NCBI GenBank assembly: GCA_902495595.1
Contig: CABUXV010000006.1
Span: forward strand, 21,566 to 85,565
Source: an uncultured Eubacterium sp.
GTDB taxonomy: Bacteria; Bacillota; Clostridia; Peptostreptococcales; Anaerovoracaceae
Reading direction: 5' to 3'
DNA: 64,000 nucleotides
The notes below the pieces were generated by a model. That model saw only the letters and a list, made by a program, of their open reading frames with translations. It did no database searches and was not told the origin of the DNA. Of the stretch, positions 43,202 through 53,429 are shown one piece after another; positions within the stretch are counted from its first letter, which is position 1; every line of letters begins with the position of its first letter. A program made the translations under genes and the position numbers.

Positions 43202-44578
43202 CTAGCTGCCCCATATTTGCTCAGATGTAGGAATTTCAGACTCATCTTTCATCCACCCAATTCTGGAAATATTGATTAAATGCTCGAAATTGAGATTTTC
43301 CGATATTGAATTATTTCCCCATGAACCGCATCCGAGAGTGCTCGTAGGTCTGAATCCATTGGCAAGAGCAGGGTTTGCCGCAAATATTCCAGGCTGATTC
43401 ACTATCATTCTGGATACAGGTAATTCTATACCGCAATATTCAGCTTTTTTTTCATCATCCGTATGAATGACAGCCGAATGACCTGCCCCCTGATACAGTA
43501 AATTATTCCTTGCCAAATCAACTGCTTCTTCAAAAGAATCATAGGTCATACAAATAGCTACAGGACACATCTTCTCTCCACACAATGGATCCTTGCTTCC
43601 TGAATTCTTTTTATCAATTTTCAAAACTGCGATAACAGCATCTTCCGGAATAGCAACATCTGCCATCCTGGCAATTTCCTGAATATTCTTTCCTACAACA
43701 TGAGGATTTATGTGTCCTCCATCAGGAAATATTATCTTTCTGAATTGGGACACCGTTTTTTCATCGTCTATATATACAGCCTTTTCCTCTCTCATTATCC
43801 TGCTCAGTTCTTCTTCCATCTCTTGCGGAATTATAAAAGATTGATTGCACGCACATATGAGACCATTATCATATTTTCTTCCTAAAACAGTCTGCGCTAT
43901 TGCTTTCCTGTAATCGCTGTATCCTCTGTCAAATATAGTCTGAACATTTCCCGGACCTACTCCGAAAGCAGGATGTCCACTGGAATATGCAGACTTAACC
44001 ATTCCCGCTCCGCCTGTTGCTATAGTTACATTTACACTGTTCATCAATTCCTGAGTAAGTTCTATAGACGGTTCTTCTATACACTGGATAAGATTTTTAG
44101 GAGCGCCTATCTGCTCTAACGCATCATTTAAAATTTCGCAGGTTCTCAAAGTGGATTCCTTAGCACGCGGATGAGGAGCTATTATCAGAACATTTCTGCC
44201 TTTTAACGCATACGCCGCATTGAAAATAACAGTTACATTCGGATTTGTTGTGGGCGCCACCGATGCCAGTATCCCTTTAGGATGAGCTACATACTTTAAT
44301 TTCTGTTCAGGGTCTTCTTTAATTATTCCCACTGATTTTTTCCCTTTCAAGTCATACCATATACCATCGGGGGAGCCTGTGTTTTTTTCTATTTTGGACT
44401 CTACATCTCCAAGACCTGTTTCTCTGACAGCAAGTTCGGCAAGTTCCTTTGCATGCATTTTAAATGCAAGACAAACAGCCTTTACACACTCATCAACCTG
44501 AGCCTGTGTATATGGTTTGAATTCATCGAGAGCAATGCTTGCTTTCTTTAACATTTCCTCTAATATCTTATTGGCCAT
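43202..44578 (-). CDS. CoA-acylating aldehyde dehydrogenase (EutE/PduP-like).
   Basis: 458 aa of the ALDH superfamily with a catalytic Cys region (ICACNQSFI). Confidence 0.8.
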   Translation of the reverse strand: MANKILEEMLKKASIALDEFKPYTQAQVDECVKAVCLAFKMHAKELAELAVRETGLGDVESKIEKNTGSPDGIWYDLKGKKSVGIIKEDPEQKLKYVAHPKGILASVAPTTNPNVTVIFNAAYALKGRNVLIIAPHPRAKESTLRTCEILNDALEQIGAPKNLIQCIEEPSIELTQELMNSVNVTIATGGAGMVKSAYSSGHPAFGVGPGNVQTIFDRGYSDYRKAIAQTVLGRKYDNGLICACNQSFIIPQEMEEELSRIMREEKAVYIDDEKTVSQFRKIIFPDGGHINPHVVGKNIQEIARMADVAIPEDAVIAVLKIDKKNSGSKDPLCGEKMCPVAICMTYDSFEEAVDLARNNLLYQGAGHSAVIHTDDEKKAEYCGIELPVSRMIVNQPGIFAANPALANGFRPTSTLGCGSWGNNSISENLNFEHLINISRIGWMKDESEIPTSEQIWGS

Positions 44579-44780
44579 TATTAATCCTCCTTTTTAAATT
44601 AACTGTTTATAAACGTTCTTTTCAGTTAAATGTTATCATTTTTAAATATATAAACTAATATACAAACAGCTCTAAATTTCAATAGTTCTTAGTACATTTT
44701 ACAAACCGGCAGAAGCTGTCTTTTCCATTTATACAATATTGTTAGTATATTTTGTTCAAATCATTCCGCAGCAACAAAAA

Positions 44781-44826
44781 AAGTGTGCAAGACGGAATCC
44801 AAAGATTCCTTTGCACACTTTTTTTA
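44781..44826 (-). terminator. Compound hairpin AGTGTGCAA-G-ACGGAATC-caaa-GATTCC-TTTGCACACT flanked by A7 and T7.
   Basis: Sits downstream of the PucR regulator gene. Confidence 0.6.
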
Positions 44827-46404
44827 TTACAGCCCTATGGACTTATCCGTATCATGTGTCGCACCTATTTTATCCATCAATTGAAATGCTAACATAAAAT
44901 GAAGTTTTACCTTTTCATCTTCAAAATCAAGTCCAACCATTTCACTGATTCTATCAATTCTATATAAAAAAGTACTCCTCTGTATATATAACGCTTTCAT
45001 TGCCTTTGCAGGTTTCAAGTCATTTTCAATATAAGCTCTTAATGTCTCAACATAGTTTGAATGTTTTTTCCTATCATGTTCGATAAGCTTATGCAGTTCA
45101 GGCGGAAACAGAACATCCGCCGGAAGTTTCTCAGTACAGCAGTCCAGCATATAATCCAAACAGAACTCTTCAAAACCATGTACTAATTTATCAGTATTTT
45201 TCTTGCTCCCATACTTCAGCGCAATGCTCGCCTGTCTGTAATACAGTGGAAATTTCTTAAAATCCCTGAAGATATGACTTATCCCTGCGTTTAACTCAAA
45301 CTCCTTTAAATCCTCCTTTATTTTTTCTAAAGATTTAGATTTATTGTCAATATGAACTATACCTATTATCACAGCCTCCGCTTCATATGGAAAAGTTATG
45401 CAGTCAAAAATTTTTTTCTCGATTATCTCGCAGATTCTTATCATTATATTCAGCAAAATATCAATTTCCTTTAATTGAAGAGTAAAACAAAAATAGCTGC
45501 CTTCGTTTCCTGTCCAGTTTCGCAGCTTTAGCTCTTTTTCCAGTTCATCATCAATGCTCTTTCCTTCAATCATATCAATCATTTTCTGTTCAAGAAAACG
45601 ATAACGTTTTCCCGGAATAAGATTTCTGCGAAATAACACTTTTTCAATCATCTTTCTGAGCACGCCTATAATTACATAGTCACTTTTTTTAAACGATCTT
45701 ATTCTTTCATCAACAAATATTCGTCCCCAAAACTGCTCTTTCAGCCACAAGTTATCATAAATATAGCTGACTTCACCTACATTTGTGTGGAAAGTAGGCT
45801 TTTTTGTTGTTAAAGTATCTTCAAAATACGGCGTACGTTTAATCGCTTTTATCCCCTCAAGCGATAATTTATCACTTCTTTCTTCTATACTATGAACACT
45901 ATTTCCTCCGGGAAGTCCGGGTATTTTTGAATATGCTATAAAATGGTAGTTTGTATCATGTAAATATATTGGATTTTCCAAAAGAGGAAATGTTAAATCA
46001 AGCAGCACCTGTACACCTTCTTCATTGGCAAGCGCCTCATACATATCCAAATGCCATTTATTGTACACCTTAAATATATCCTGAACACAATTTAATATTT
46101 CAAATACAGAATATTTCTCGTCTACCTCTATATAATCACACTCCGAATCCATATAACACTTCGGACACTCACCGACCATAATAAAAGAACAAAATCCTCT
46201 GTAAAATAATTTTTGAGGCAGCTCTTTTCCATATGCAATATAAATAATACCCGGCATAAAATCAATATCATCAGTGAAGACTTTAACTTGCTCTAAAGTC
46301 AATTCTTCATTTTTTATATCTTCTTTGATAATGGAAAAGTCTTCTCTTATCATATCTGCGATAAGGTTCATATTTAAATTCATAATTACACCCGTTCCTT
46401 TCAC
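44827..46404 (-). CDS. PucR/CdaR-family transcriptional regulator.
   Basis: C-terminal PucR-type HTH: ETLRAYIENDLKPAKAMKALYIQRSTFLYRIDRISEMVG. Confidence 0.8.
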   Translation of the reverse strand: MKGTGVIMNLNMNLIADMIREDFSIIKEDIKNEELTLEQVKVFTDDIDFMPGIIYIAYGKELPQKLFYRGFCSFIMVGECPKCYMDSECDYIEVDEKYSVFEILNCVQDIFKVYNKWHLDMYEALANEEGVQVLLDLTFPLLENPIYLHDTNYHFIAYSKIPGLPGGNSVHSIEERSDKLSLEGIKAIKRTPYFEDTLTTKKPTFHTNVGEVSYIYDNLWLKEQFWGRIFVDERIRSFKKSDYVIIGVLRKMIEKVLFRRNLIPGKRYRFLEQKMIDMIEGKSIDDELEKELKLRNWTGNEGSYFCFTLQLKEIDILLNIMIRICEIIEKKIFDCITFPYEAEAVIIGIVHIDNKSKSLEKIKEDLKEFELNAGISHIFRDFKKFPLYYRQASIALKYGSKKNTDKLVHGFEEFCLDYMLDCCTEKLPADVLFPPELHKLIEHDRKKHSNYVETLRAYIENDLKPAKAMKALYIQRSTFLYRIDRISEMVGLDFEDEKVKLHFMLAFQLMDKIGATHDTDKSIGL

Positions 46405-46576
46405 ATCTTATTAAGATATTAGATATTATTTATCGTCTTAAGCATCCTTATTATTTACTAATTTTAATATGAACCCTGATATATTACAAATAAATGTAAA
46501 ATATCAGGATTTACTAATTGTTCATAACCACAGAATTTTTTTATTTCGATTAATTAATATAATGTTTTTCTTTCAT

Positions 46577-47830
46577 TTATATGCTATTGTCCTTAGAAGT
46601 ATTTTTTACCCTTGTTTCCTTTAAAAATAAAGCTAAAACTGCCGCAGAAGCAAAAGCTATACCTGCAATAAGAATTACCGACGGGTACCCATTATTCCCT
46701 GCTATTATTCCCGCAGCAGCCGGCCATACAGACCCACCCAAAATTTCAGAAACGCCAACGATCAAACCGCTTGCCGTACCTAGCATATAATTCGGCAGAG
46801 ATTCCCCCGGAATAATCGTCTGAAAGAACAAGAAAGCCGCTCCCGGTATTCCCCCTGCAATAGCGTAACAGACAACTGCAGCCATCGATGAAGGTGCTCC
46901 GAACATAACAAAAGGCATAACTGCACAAATAACAAACCACATAATAACCGCAGGTTTACGTCCTATAAAATCGGAAACTTTCGGCACAATTATAGGGGAA
47001 AAGATTGCAAGAACTCCCATTGCACTGACAATTGTTCCTGCTGAATTGATATCTCTTCCTCCGACCGATGAGAAGAAAAGCGTAGCATAAAGCATCATCG
47101 TCCAATATCCGCACATACATAGAATACCCAAAATAAAACTCAATATGACATTGCGGTTCTTCATCAGCTTGCCAATTATTGCCCATATGGATTCCTTATC
47201 TTCTTTTTCGGATATATTTTGTGCATCCGAATCTTTGCGGATAATTTTAAGTAAAATAAGAAATACGATTATAGACGCTATTCCCGCTACCAAAAAACCC
47301 ATACGCCAGTTGCTGGTTGAAGCAATTCTCGTAACTGCCGTCGGACCTATACTAAGAGAAATAAAATTTGTACCGCTGGCTACAAGTCCTGTGTTTAAAG
47401 CAACTTTACCCGGTGATGATTCCTTAATAAGTATGGCAAAAATCAACGGCGCAATAGGTCCTTCAAAGAAACCTACTGCAGCTCTTGTAATCAGCAGCTG
47501 CCATACATCCTGCGTTACCGCACCTAAACATGCGAAAATACCTGCAAACAAACAAAGCAGGATAAGCCATTTTTTTCTTTTTCCCGTTGATTCCAAAATA
47601 GGTGTAACTACAATCGCCGACAAAGCATAACATCCTGTTGTGAACGTATTAATAAGACCGTACTGCGGATCTGTAATACCTAAATCCGCCATAACCATGG
47701 GAGCAAGAAACGACATGACCAGCCTATCTAAAAATATGAATCCCCAAGTAACAGCAAAGCCTAAAAGCAAAGTAATCTCATATCGGCTCCATCCAAATAT
47801 CTTCTTTTCGTTGTTCAAATTATTATTCAT
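46577..47830 (-). CDS. MFS transporter (paralog A).
   Basis: 417 aa, about 80% identical to 48850..50112. Confidence 0.8.
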   Translation of the reverse strand: MNNNLNNEKKIFGWSRYEITLLLGFAVTWGFIFLDRLVMSFLAPMVMADLGITDPQYGLINTFTTGCYALSAIVVTPILESTGKRKKWLILLCLFAGIFACLGAVTQDVWQLLITRAAVGFFEGPIAPLIFAILIKESSPGKVALNTGLVASGTNFISLSIGPTAVTRIASTSNWRMGFLVAGIASIIVFLILLKIIRKDSDAQNISEKEDKESIWAIIGKLMKNRNVILSFILGILCMCGYWTMMLYATLFFSSVGGRDINSAGTIVSAMGVLAIFSPIIVPKVSDFIGRKPAVIMWFVICAVMPFVMFGAPSSMAAVVCYAIAGGIPGAAFLFFQTIIPGESLPNYMLGTASGLIVGVSEILGGSVWPAAAGIIAGNNGYPSVILIAGIAFASAAVLALFLKETRVKNTSKDNSI

Positions 47831-47914
47831 AAATATGTCTCCTCCCGCAGAAGTATACTATAAACTTTTTAAATTACAGCCGCCGGATAAACCGGCGGCT
47901 GTAATAATACAACT

Positions 47915-48850
47915 CTAAAGATTCAACATTTTTGCCGCATTGCGATACAAAACTTTCTCCTGAAGTTCAGGGTCATGTTCAGTTGCCTGAAGTAAAGGTT
48001 CCAGCGTATAAACATAAGGACCAGAAGGAGCATCCGTCCCGTACATAACTTTATCTTCGCCAAACAAATCTATCATCTTTTCTATATCTTCACGTCCTCG
48101 CATAGAAGTTTCAACATAAACATTCTTCCATCCATGAGTTCTTACAGCATCACCCAGTTCTTCCATCTCGCCTCCGCTGAATCCTCCGCAATGAGCAGGA
48201 ATAAAAACATAGTCAGGATATTTGTCAATCAGTTCCAGATAATAATACAGTTCACCATATTCTTTGTTGGATTCGCCATAATAAGGAGAATCCATTTTAT
48301 AATAATCATTGGCTCCGCAATGCGATGTAATAGGCAGCCCCAAATCACCGAACAGCTCCATAGCCGCACGCAGACGTTCGTCCCTTGGGGAAACATTCTG
48401 TATTATCGGATGCAGTTTAAGTCCCTTAGCGCCTCTGACTATATCTTTTTTCAGTTTTTTAAGCATATCCTCTACAGAAAGATCAAAATCACAGCAGGTA
48501 AAGTTAAGAATACGAGGGTCAAGTTTTGATGCCGCAAGTCCTTCATCAAAAGTAGAACCAGGAAGAATAGGCAAATTTACAACATATGTAATTCCGCTGT
48601 AATCCATAGCGTCAAGCGTAGCCTGAAGACCTCCATGCTCCCAGTTGTGATATTGAGCAGCATCTATCAGCTGATTATGACGCTCAACGTCCGGAACAAC
48701 AAGCGGTGCATTATATCCATTTTCACCAAGTTCTTCAAATACATCAGGATATGGGCGATAATCATACTGATATGTTTTTTTAAATGTAACATTTAGATTT
48801 GCATGGTACAAATCCCCAAGATGCATATGCGTATCAATAATCCTTCTCAT
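47915..48850 (-). CDS. Amidohydrolase-2-family metal-dependent hydrolase/decarboxylase (paralog A).
   Basis: MRRIIDTHMHLGD..., an HxH metal motif. Confidence 0.7.
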   Translation of the reverse strand: MRRIIDTHMHLGDLYHANLNVTFKKTYQYDYRPYPDVFEELGENGYNAPLVVPDVERHNQLIDAAQYHNWEHGGLQATLDAMDYSGITYVVNLPILPGSTFDEGLAASKLDPRILNFTCCDFDLSVEDMLKKLKKDIVRGAKGLKLHPIIQNVSPRDERLRAAMELFGDLGLPITSHCGANDYYKMDSPYYGESNKEYGELYYYLELIDKYPDYVFIPAHCGGFSGGEMEELGDAVRTHGWKNVYVETSMRGREDIEKMIDLFGEDKVMYGTDAPSGPYVYTLEPLLQATEHDPELQEKVLYRNAAKMLNL

Positions 48851-50112
48851 TATTTTTCCTCCTTACTATTTTCCGTCAATTTATTTTTAACTCTTGTTTC
48901 TTTCAGGAATAAAGCCGTAATTGCCGCTGCGGCAAAAGCAATACCTGCTATAAAAATTACACTTGGATATCCATTACTGCCGGCTATAATTCCTGCTGCT
49001 GCCGGCCATGCAGCGCCTCCGATAATTTCGGAAACACCAACGATAAGACCGCTTGCCGTACCCACCATATAGTTTGGAAGAGATTCGCCCGGAATAATCG
49101 CCTGGAAAAACGGGAATATTGCTCCCGGAATCCCACCTATCAATGCGTAACATATAACCGCTGACATGGATGACGGTGCGCCGAACATTACAAAAGGCAT
49201 AACTGCACAAAGTGCAAACCACATAACGATAGCCGGTCTTCTGCCCATGAAATCCGAAACCTTAGGGACAAATATTGTCCAAAATATTGCTAAAATACCC
49301 ATTGCGCTGACAATCGTACCTGCAGATGTAATATCTCTTCCTCCCGCTGATGAGAAGAAAAGCGTAGCATAAAGCATCATGGTCCAATATCCGCACATGC
49401 ATAGAATACCTAAAATGAAACTAAGTATGACATTACGATTTTTCATTAATTTTCTGATTACAACCCATATAGACTCTTTCTTTTCGCCTTCAGCCATATC
49501 ATCAGAAACAGGTACCTCACGTAAAACTTTAACAAGAACGAGCGCCACAATAATAGATGCTATGCCGGCAACCAGAAAACTCATACGCCAGTTGCTCGCA
49601 ACAGCCACTCGCGTAAGTACCGCAGGTCCCATGGAGACTGCAATTACATTTACGCCGCTTGCAACAATACCGGGATTCAGGGCTACTTTATTAGGAGATG
49701 ATTCTTTTATAAGCATTGCGAACATCAGAGGAGCAATAGGTCCCTCGAAAAATCCTACAGCTGCTCTTGCTATAAGAAGCTGCCAAACAGCCTGTGTCGC
49801 AGCGCTCAGACAAGCAAAAATCCCTGTTCCCAAACAAAGCAAAATAAGCCATTTTTTACGCTTTCCCGTGGCTTCCAAAAAAGGAGTTACCACAATTGCC
49901 GCCAGAGCATAACAACCGGTTGAAAAAGTATTTATAAGGCCGTATTGCGGGTCTGTAATACCTAAATCTTCTATGACCATCGGAGCCAGAAACGACATAA
50001 CCAGTCTATCAAGAAATACAAAACCCCATATTAAAAACAGCCATATAAGAACAACAAACTCATATCGTCCCCATCCGAATATCCTTTTTTCATTTTTTAA
50101 ATTATCGTTCAT
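48850..50112 (-). CDS. MFS transporter (paralog B). Probable start MNDNLKNEKRIFGW.
   Basis: Near-identical to paralog A across all transmembrane segments. Confidence 0.8.
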   Translation of the reverse strand: MNDNLKNEKRIFGWGRYEFVVLIWLFLIWGFVFLDRLVMSFLAPMVIEDLGITDPQYGLINTFSTGCYALAAIVVTPFLEATGKRKKWLILLCLGTGIFACLSAATQAVWQLLIARAAVGFFEGPIAPLMFAMLIKESSPNKVALNPGIVASGVNVIAVSMGPAVLTRVAVASNWRMSFLVAGIASIIVALVLVKVLREVPVSDDMAEGEKKESIWVVIRKLMKNRNVILSFILGILCMCGYWTMMLYATLFFSSAGGRDITSAGTIVSAMGILAIFWTIFVPKVSDFMGRRPAIVMWFALCAVMPFVMFGAPSSMSAVICYALIGGIPGAIFPFFQAIIPGESLPNYMVGTASGLIVGVSEIIGGAAWPAAAGIIAGSNGYPSVIFIAGIAFAAAAITALFLKETRVKNKLTENSKEEK

Positions 50113-50217
50113 AAACACATACCTCCCCAATTAAACACTGATAAATTGCTTTCACCCATAACAAACGTGAATTCTATCAAGTACTTTATGAACTCTTTTA
50201 TAAACTATAATCGCAAT

Positions 50218-51156
50218 TTATTCGTATAAATGAGTCAAGGCCACCGCATTTTTAAACAAAACTTTTTCCAGGGATTCCTCATCTCCTTCAAAGGCCTTTT
50301 CACACTCTTCAAGTGCATATGATACATCGCAGAACGGAAAATCCGAACCGAACAAAATACGGTCGGCACCGAAACAATCAACTAATTTTTTAATTGTTTC
50401 CGCACTTTTATAACTAGTTGATATAAAAACATTTTCCCAGTTGTTTGATTTAGCGCAATCCATAAGACTATCCAGTTCTTTACCGGTGTTCATTGCCGAA
50501 TGAACCAGTACGAACTTACATTCAGGATATTTTGAAACGATATCTTCTATGAATGAAACCGACCCATATTCTCCGTATGTTTTCTGTATATGACCGCTGT
50601 CTTCACGGTAATAGCAATCGTTTTTGCCAAAGTGAAGTACTACCGGAAGTCCGGCTCTGTCGAACACTTCTATTGCTGCCCTGGATTTTGCGTTAGCGAA
50701 TCTGATGCCTTGCAGCTGCGGATGTATATACAAACCTTTAGCTCCACGTGCAATATCCGCTTCGAGCATATCACGGATTTCCCATGGGTCTATTCCATAA
50801 TCAATGCTCGTAAAAGGAATAATACGTGGTTCCAGCGTCGAAGCCGCCAGAGTTCCTTCAAAAGTGGTATTCGGATGATTATTTAAAGAAACGAAATATG
50901 TTATCCCGTTTCTGTCCATTTCCGAAGATGCACATTCAAGACTTCCTTTTTCCATTACACGATTGTGCATTGCATCTGCTAATTCATTTTTAGCCTCCGT
51001 ACTGCTGATATCCAAAGGACTTTGAAATTTCGATTCTGCAAATGCTAAAATAGGATTAGGATATGAATCCAGTTTTACCGGTTTTTTAAACACAATATTT
51101 TTGTTACTGTCAAAACAATCCCCCAGCTGCGTATGAAAATCAATAATTCTCTTCAT
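50218..51156 (-). CDS. Amidohydrolase-2-family protein (paralog B, divergent; the HxH motif reads HTQ).
   Basis: MKRIIDFHTQLGD... Confidence 0.7.
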   Translation of the reverse strand: MKRIIDFHTQLGDCFDSNKNIVFKKPVKLDSYPNPILAFAESKFQSPLDISSTEAKNELADAMHNRVMEKGSLECASSEMDRNGITYFVSLNNHPNTTFEGTLAASTLEPRIIPFTSIDYGIDPWEIRDMLEADIARGAKGLYIHPQLQGIRFANAKSRAAIEVFDRAGLPVVLHFGKNDCYYREDSGHIQKTYGEYGSVSFIEDIVSKYPECKFVLVHSAMNTGKELDSLMDCAKSNNWENVFISTSYKSAETIKKLVDCFGADRILFGSDFPFCDVSYALEECEKAFEGDEESLEKVLFKNAVALTHLYE

Positions 51157-51392
51157 TAGATTTTCTCCTTTCCATAAACATTGGAATAACGATGTATTAG
51201 TATTATTGCATATTGTTTTTCACCTTAACCAGAGTCCGATTGCTCTATTTTTATTATTAAAATAAACCATTTTTTATAAATTTAAAAATACTTTCAAACT
51301 CAGCATCTCATTGTATTTGTACAAAATGTACAATTTTTCAGATAATTTGAATATTTTTAAAATCACCTTATCCATAATCTATTCTTCCAACT

Positions 51393-51435
51393 AAAAAACC
51401 CTGTCTATGTAAATTGCATAAACAGGGTTTTATTA
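51393..51435. terminator. Hairpin AACCCTGT-17 nt-ACAGGGTT flanked by A and T runs.
   Basis: Sits downstream of the MerR gene. Confidence 0.5.
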
Positions 51436-51456
51436 TTTTTCTATTTATCTCTATTA

Positions 51457-52338
51457 TCAGCCCTTTTCGACTGGTATCAATATCTTTGTAACATGCTCTC
51501 CTTCTTTTTTTACATCTATAGGAGATACTATAAATTCCTCCGACACAGGACCGCTTACTTTATAATTGTTCTGATTTATCCACTGAAGCGCCTTAACATA
51601 CGTTTTTATTATATCACTGTAAGCTCCTACATGATATATTGTTGCCGCTTTAAATCCGCCAAAACTTCTCACCTTGCTTGAATCTGTTTCTTCAACTTGT
51701 ATTCCGAATTCTATATCACATGTTTTGGATAAAAACTGATCGAGCAGTTCGGTGTGATAAGTCACTATTATAGGGCCGCTTGCTCTAAGTCCATTCTTAA
51801 TTACTTCATCGTTTATTCCAACCCATCTTTCAAGGGATACTTCTTCATTGTGATAAGCTTTCATCATCTTCCTCGAATAATATATGTTTATTCTGGGAAC
51901 CTGCTCTATATTTATCTCGTTAAAAGCCTTACCTGACGTTATACTATTTTCACTGTAAAGTTCCAAAATATCGCTTCCTGTTTTAAGACGTCTTAGCATA
52001 ACCTCGCCCTCGCTGCATGATCTTTCAAGCTCTGCTATCTCTTTCCTTATACAGCTCAATCTCTCTTCAACGCTTTTTCTCATAACATCCAAATCGTTTT
52101 CTTCTACAATGCTCTTTATATCTTTAAGCCCTATTCCAAGACATCTAAGCTTACGTATAATTATAATATTAAGCATCTGGTCCTTACTGTAATATCTGTA
52201 TTTACTTCCTTCTTTTCTTATTTCCGGAACCACTAAACCTATCTCATCATAATAACGCAATGTCCTTATAGATATATTGCATGTAGATGCCACTTCACCT
52301 ATTGAATAGTAGTCTTTTCGATTCATCTGCCCCTCCAA
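51457..52338 (-). CDS. MerR-family regulator with a GyrI-like effector-binding domain.
   Basis: N-terminus YSIGEVASTCNISIRTLRYYDEIGLV. Confidence 0.85.
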   Translation of the reverse strand: MEGQMNRKDYYSIGEVASTCNISIRTLRYYDEIGLVVPEIRKEGSKYRYYSKDQMLNIIIIRKLRCLGIGLKDIKSIVEENDLDVMRKSVEERLSCIRKEIAELERSCSEGEVMLRRLKTGSDILELYSENSITSGKAFNEINIEQVPRINIYYSRKMMKAYHNEEVSLERWVGINDEVIKNGLRASGPIIVTYHTELLDQFLSKTCDIEFGIQVEETDSSKVRSFGGFKAATIYHVGAYSDIIKTYVKALQWINQNNYKVSGPVSEEFIVSPIDVKKEGEHVTKILIPVEKG

Positions 52339-52532
52339 ACGCTATTACGCCATGATAACAATGTTATTATAACACCTTTGTAATTTATTTAAAAGATTAT
52401 AATTAATTTAATAACAAAGTCGGCCATAAACATCCTGCTTCAAATCAACTTATATTTCCTGACAAAAAAACAGGAACTCATAAAAGAGTTCCTGCTGATT
52501 TATATGGTTTTATCCATGTGCCCTTTATATGC

Positions 52533-53387
52533 CTATTTGTAAGTTTCGAATACAAATTGAACAACTGTGCAAAGAGGAGGTTCAGGAAGTACATCGATGG
52601 AGCTTGGGAATTCAGGATTCTCAGGCAAATCAATGTATTTATAGTTTCTGACTTCTACAACAATCTTATCTCCGATAACCTTGTTGATTCGCGCATGATA
52701 TTCCAGATAATCACCTGCAAAGCAAGGTTCATATAATCTTACTTTTTCAACTTTTGTAATACGGCCTGTATTTCCGAATTCTCTTGCCATAAGTCTCTTG
52801 GCAGTGTCTTCCATGAGAGTAATATTTCTGGCTCCGTTTACAACTCCGCCAAGATAAAATACATCTCTGTCTGACATTCTGTATCTGAAAGTAATATCTT
52901 CAGGATGATCCTTATCAAATCCAACTTCAGGGAAATCTTCATTGTCAGCCCAAGGTTCTGCTACAGTTCCGTCAGGCTGTTCACCTCTCTGAAGATGTTT
53001 TTTAACAACAAGTCTTACATTGCCTGAAGTACATAAAACCGGTTCATCAAACCATACCATCTCTCCAGTCAAGCAATCTTCCTTCGCTTTTCCTGCTCTG
53101 TACGCAGGAGTAGCAAGCTTGAACACTTCAATGTGGCAGTCTCTGGATGTATTGCCTACTTTAGTAAGGGTAGCTTTGTATTCCATCATATCCCCTACAT
53201 ATACATCTTCATAAACTTCTACACCTGTATATCCTAAGCAAAGAGATTCGTCTCCGTCTACCAGAATCATTTCTTCTGTTTCAACGTCACCGATAAAATC
53301 AAACTGTCTTCCAACAGGTACGATGCCGTCAGGGCTGTTTGCATCTGCTGTTGTCATGTTATAACTTAAATAAGATACTTTTCTCAT
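52533..53387 (-). CDS. Double hotdog-fold (MaoC-like dehydratase/thioesterase-like) protein.
   Basis: Two hotdog-like halves (VGDMMEYKATLTKV...HIEVF and FAGDYLEYHARINKV...VVEVR). Confidence 0.5.
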   Translation of the reverse strand: MRKVSYLSYNMTTADANSPDGIVPVGRQFDFIGDVETEEMILVDGDESLCLGYTGVEVYEDVYVGDMMEYKATLTKVGNTSRDCHIEVFKLATPAYRAGKAKEDCLTGEMVWFDEPVLCTSGNVRLVVKKHLQRGEQPDGTVAEPWADNEDFPEVGFDKDHPEDITFRYRMSDRDVFYLGGVVNGARNITLMEDTAKRLMAREFGNTGRITKVEKVRLYEPCFAGDYLEYHARINKVIGDKIVVEVRNYKYIDLPENPEFPSSIDVLPEPPLCTVVQFVFETYK

Positions 53388-53429
53388 TACTAGGTTCCTC
53401 CTTCTTTTTATTGTATATACAATACTTTA

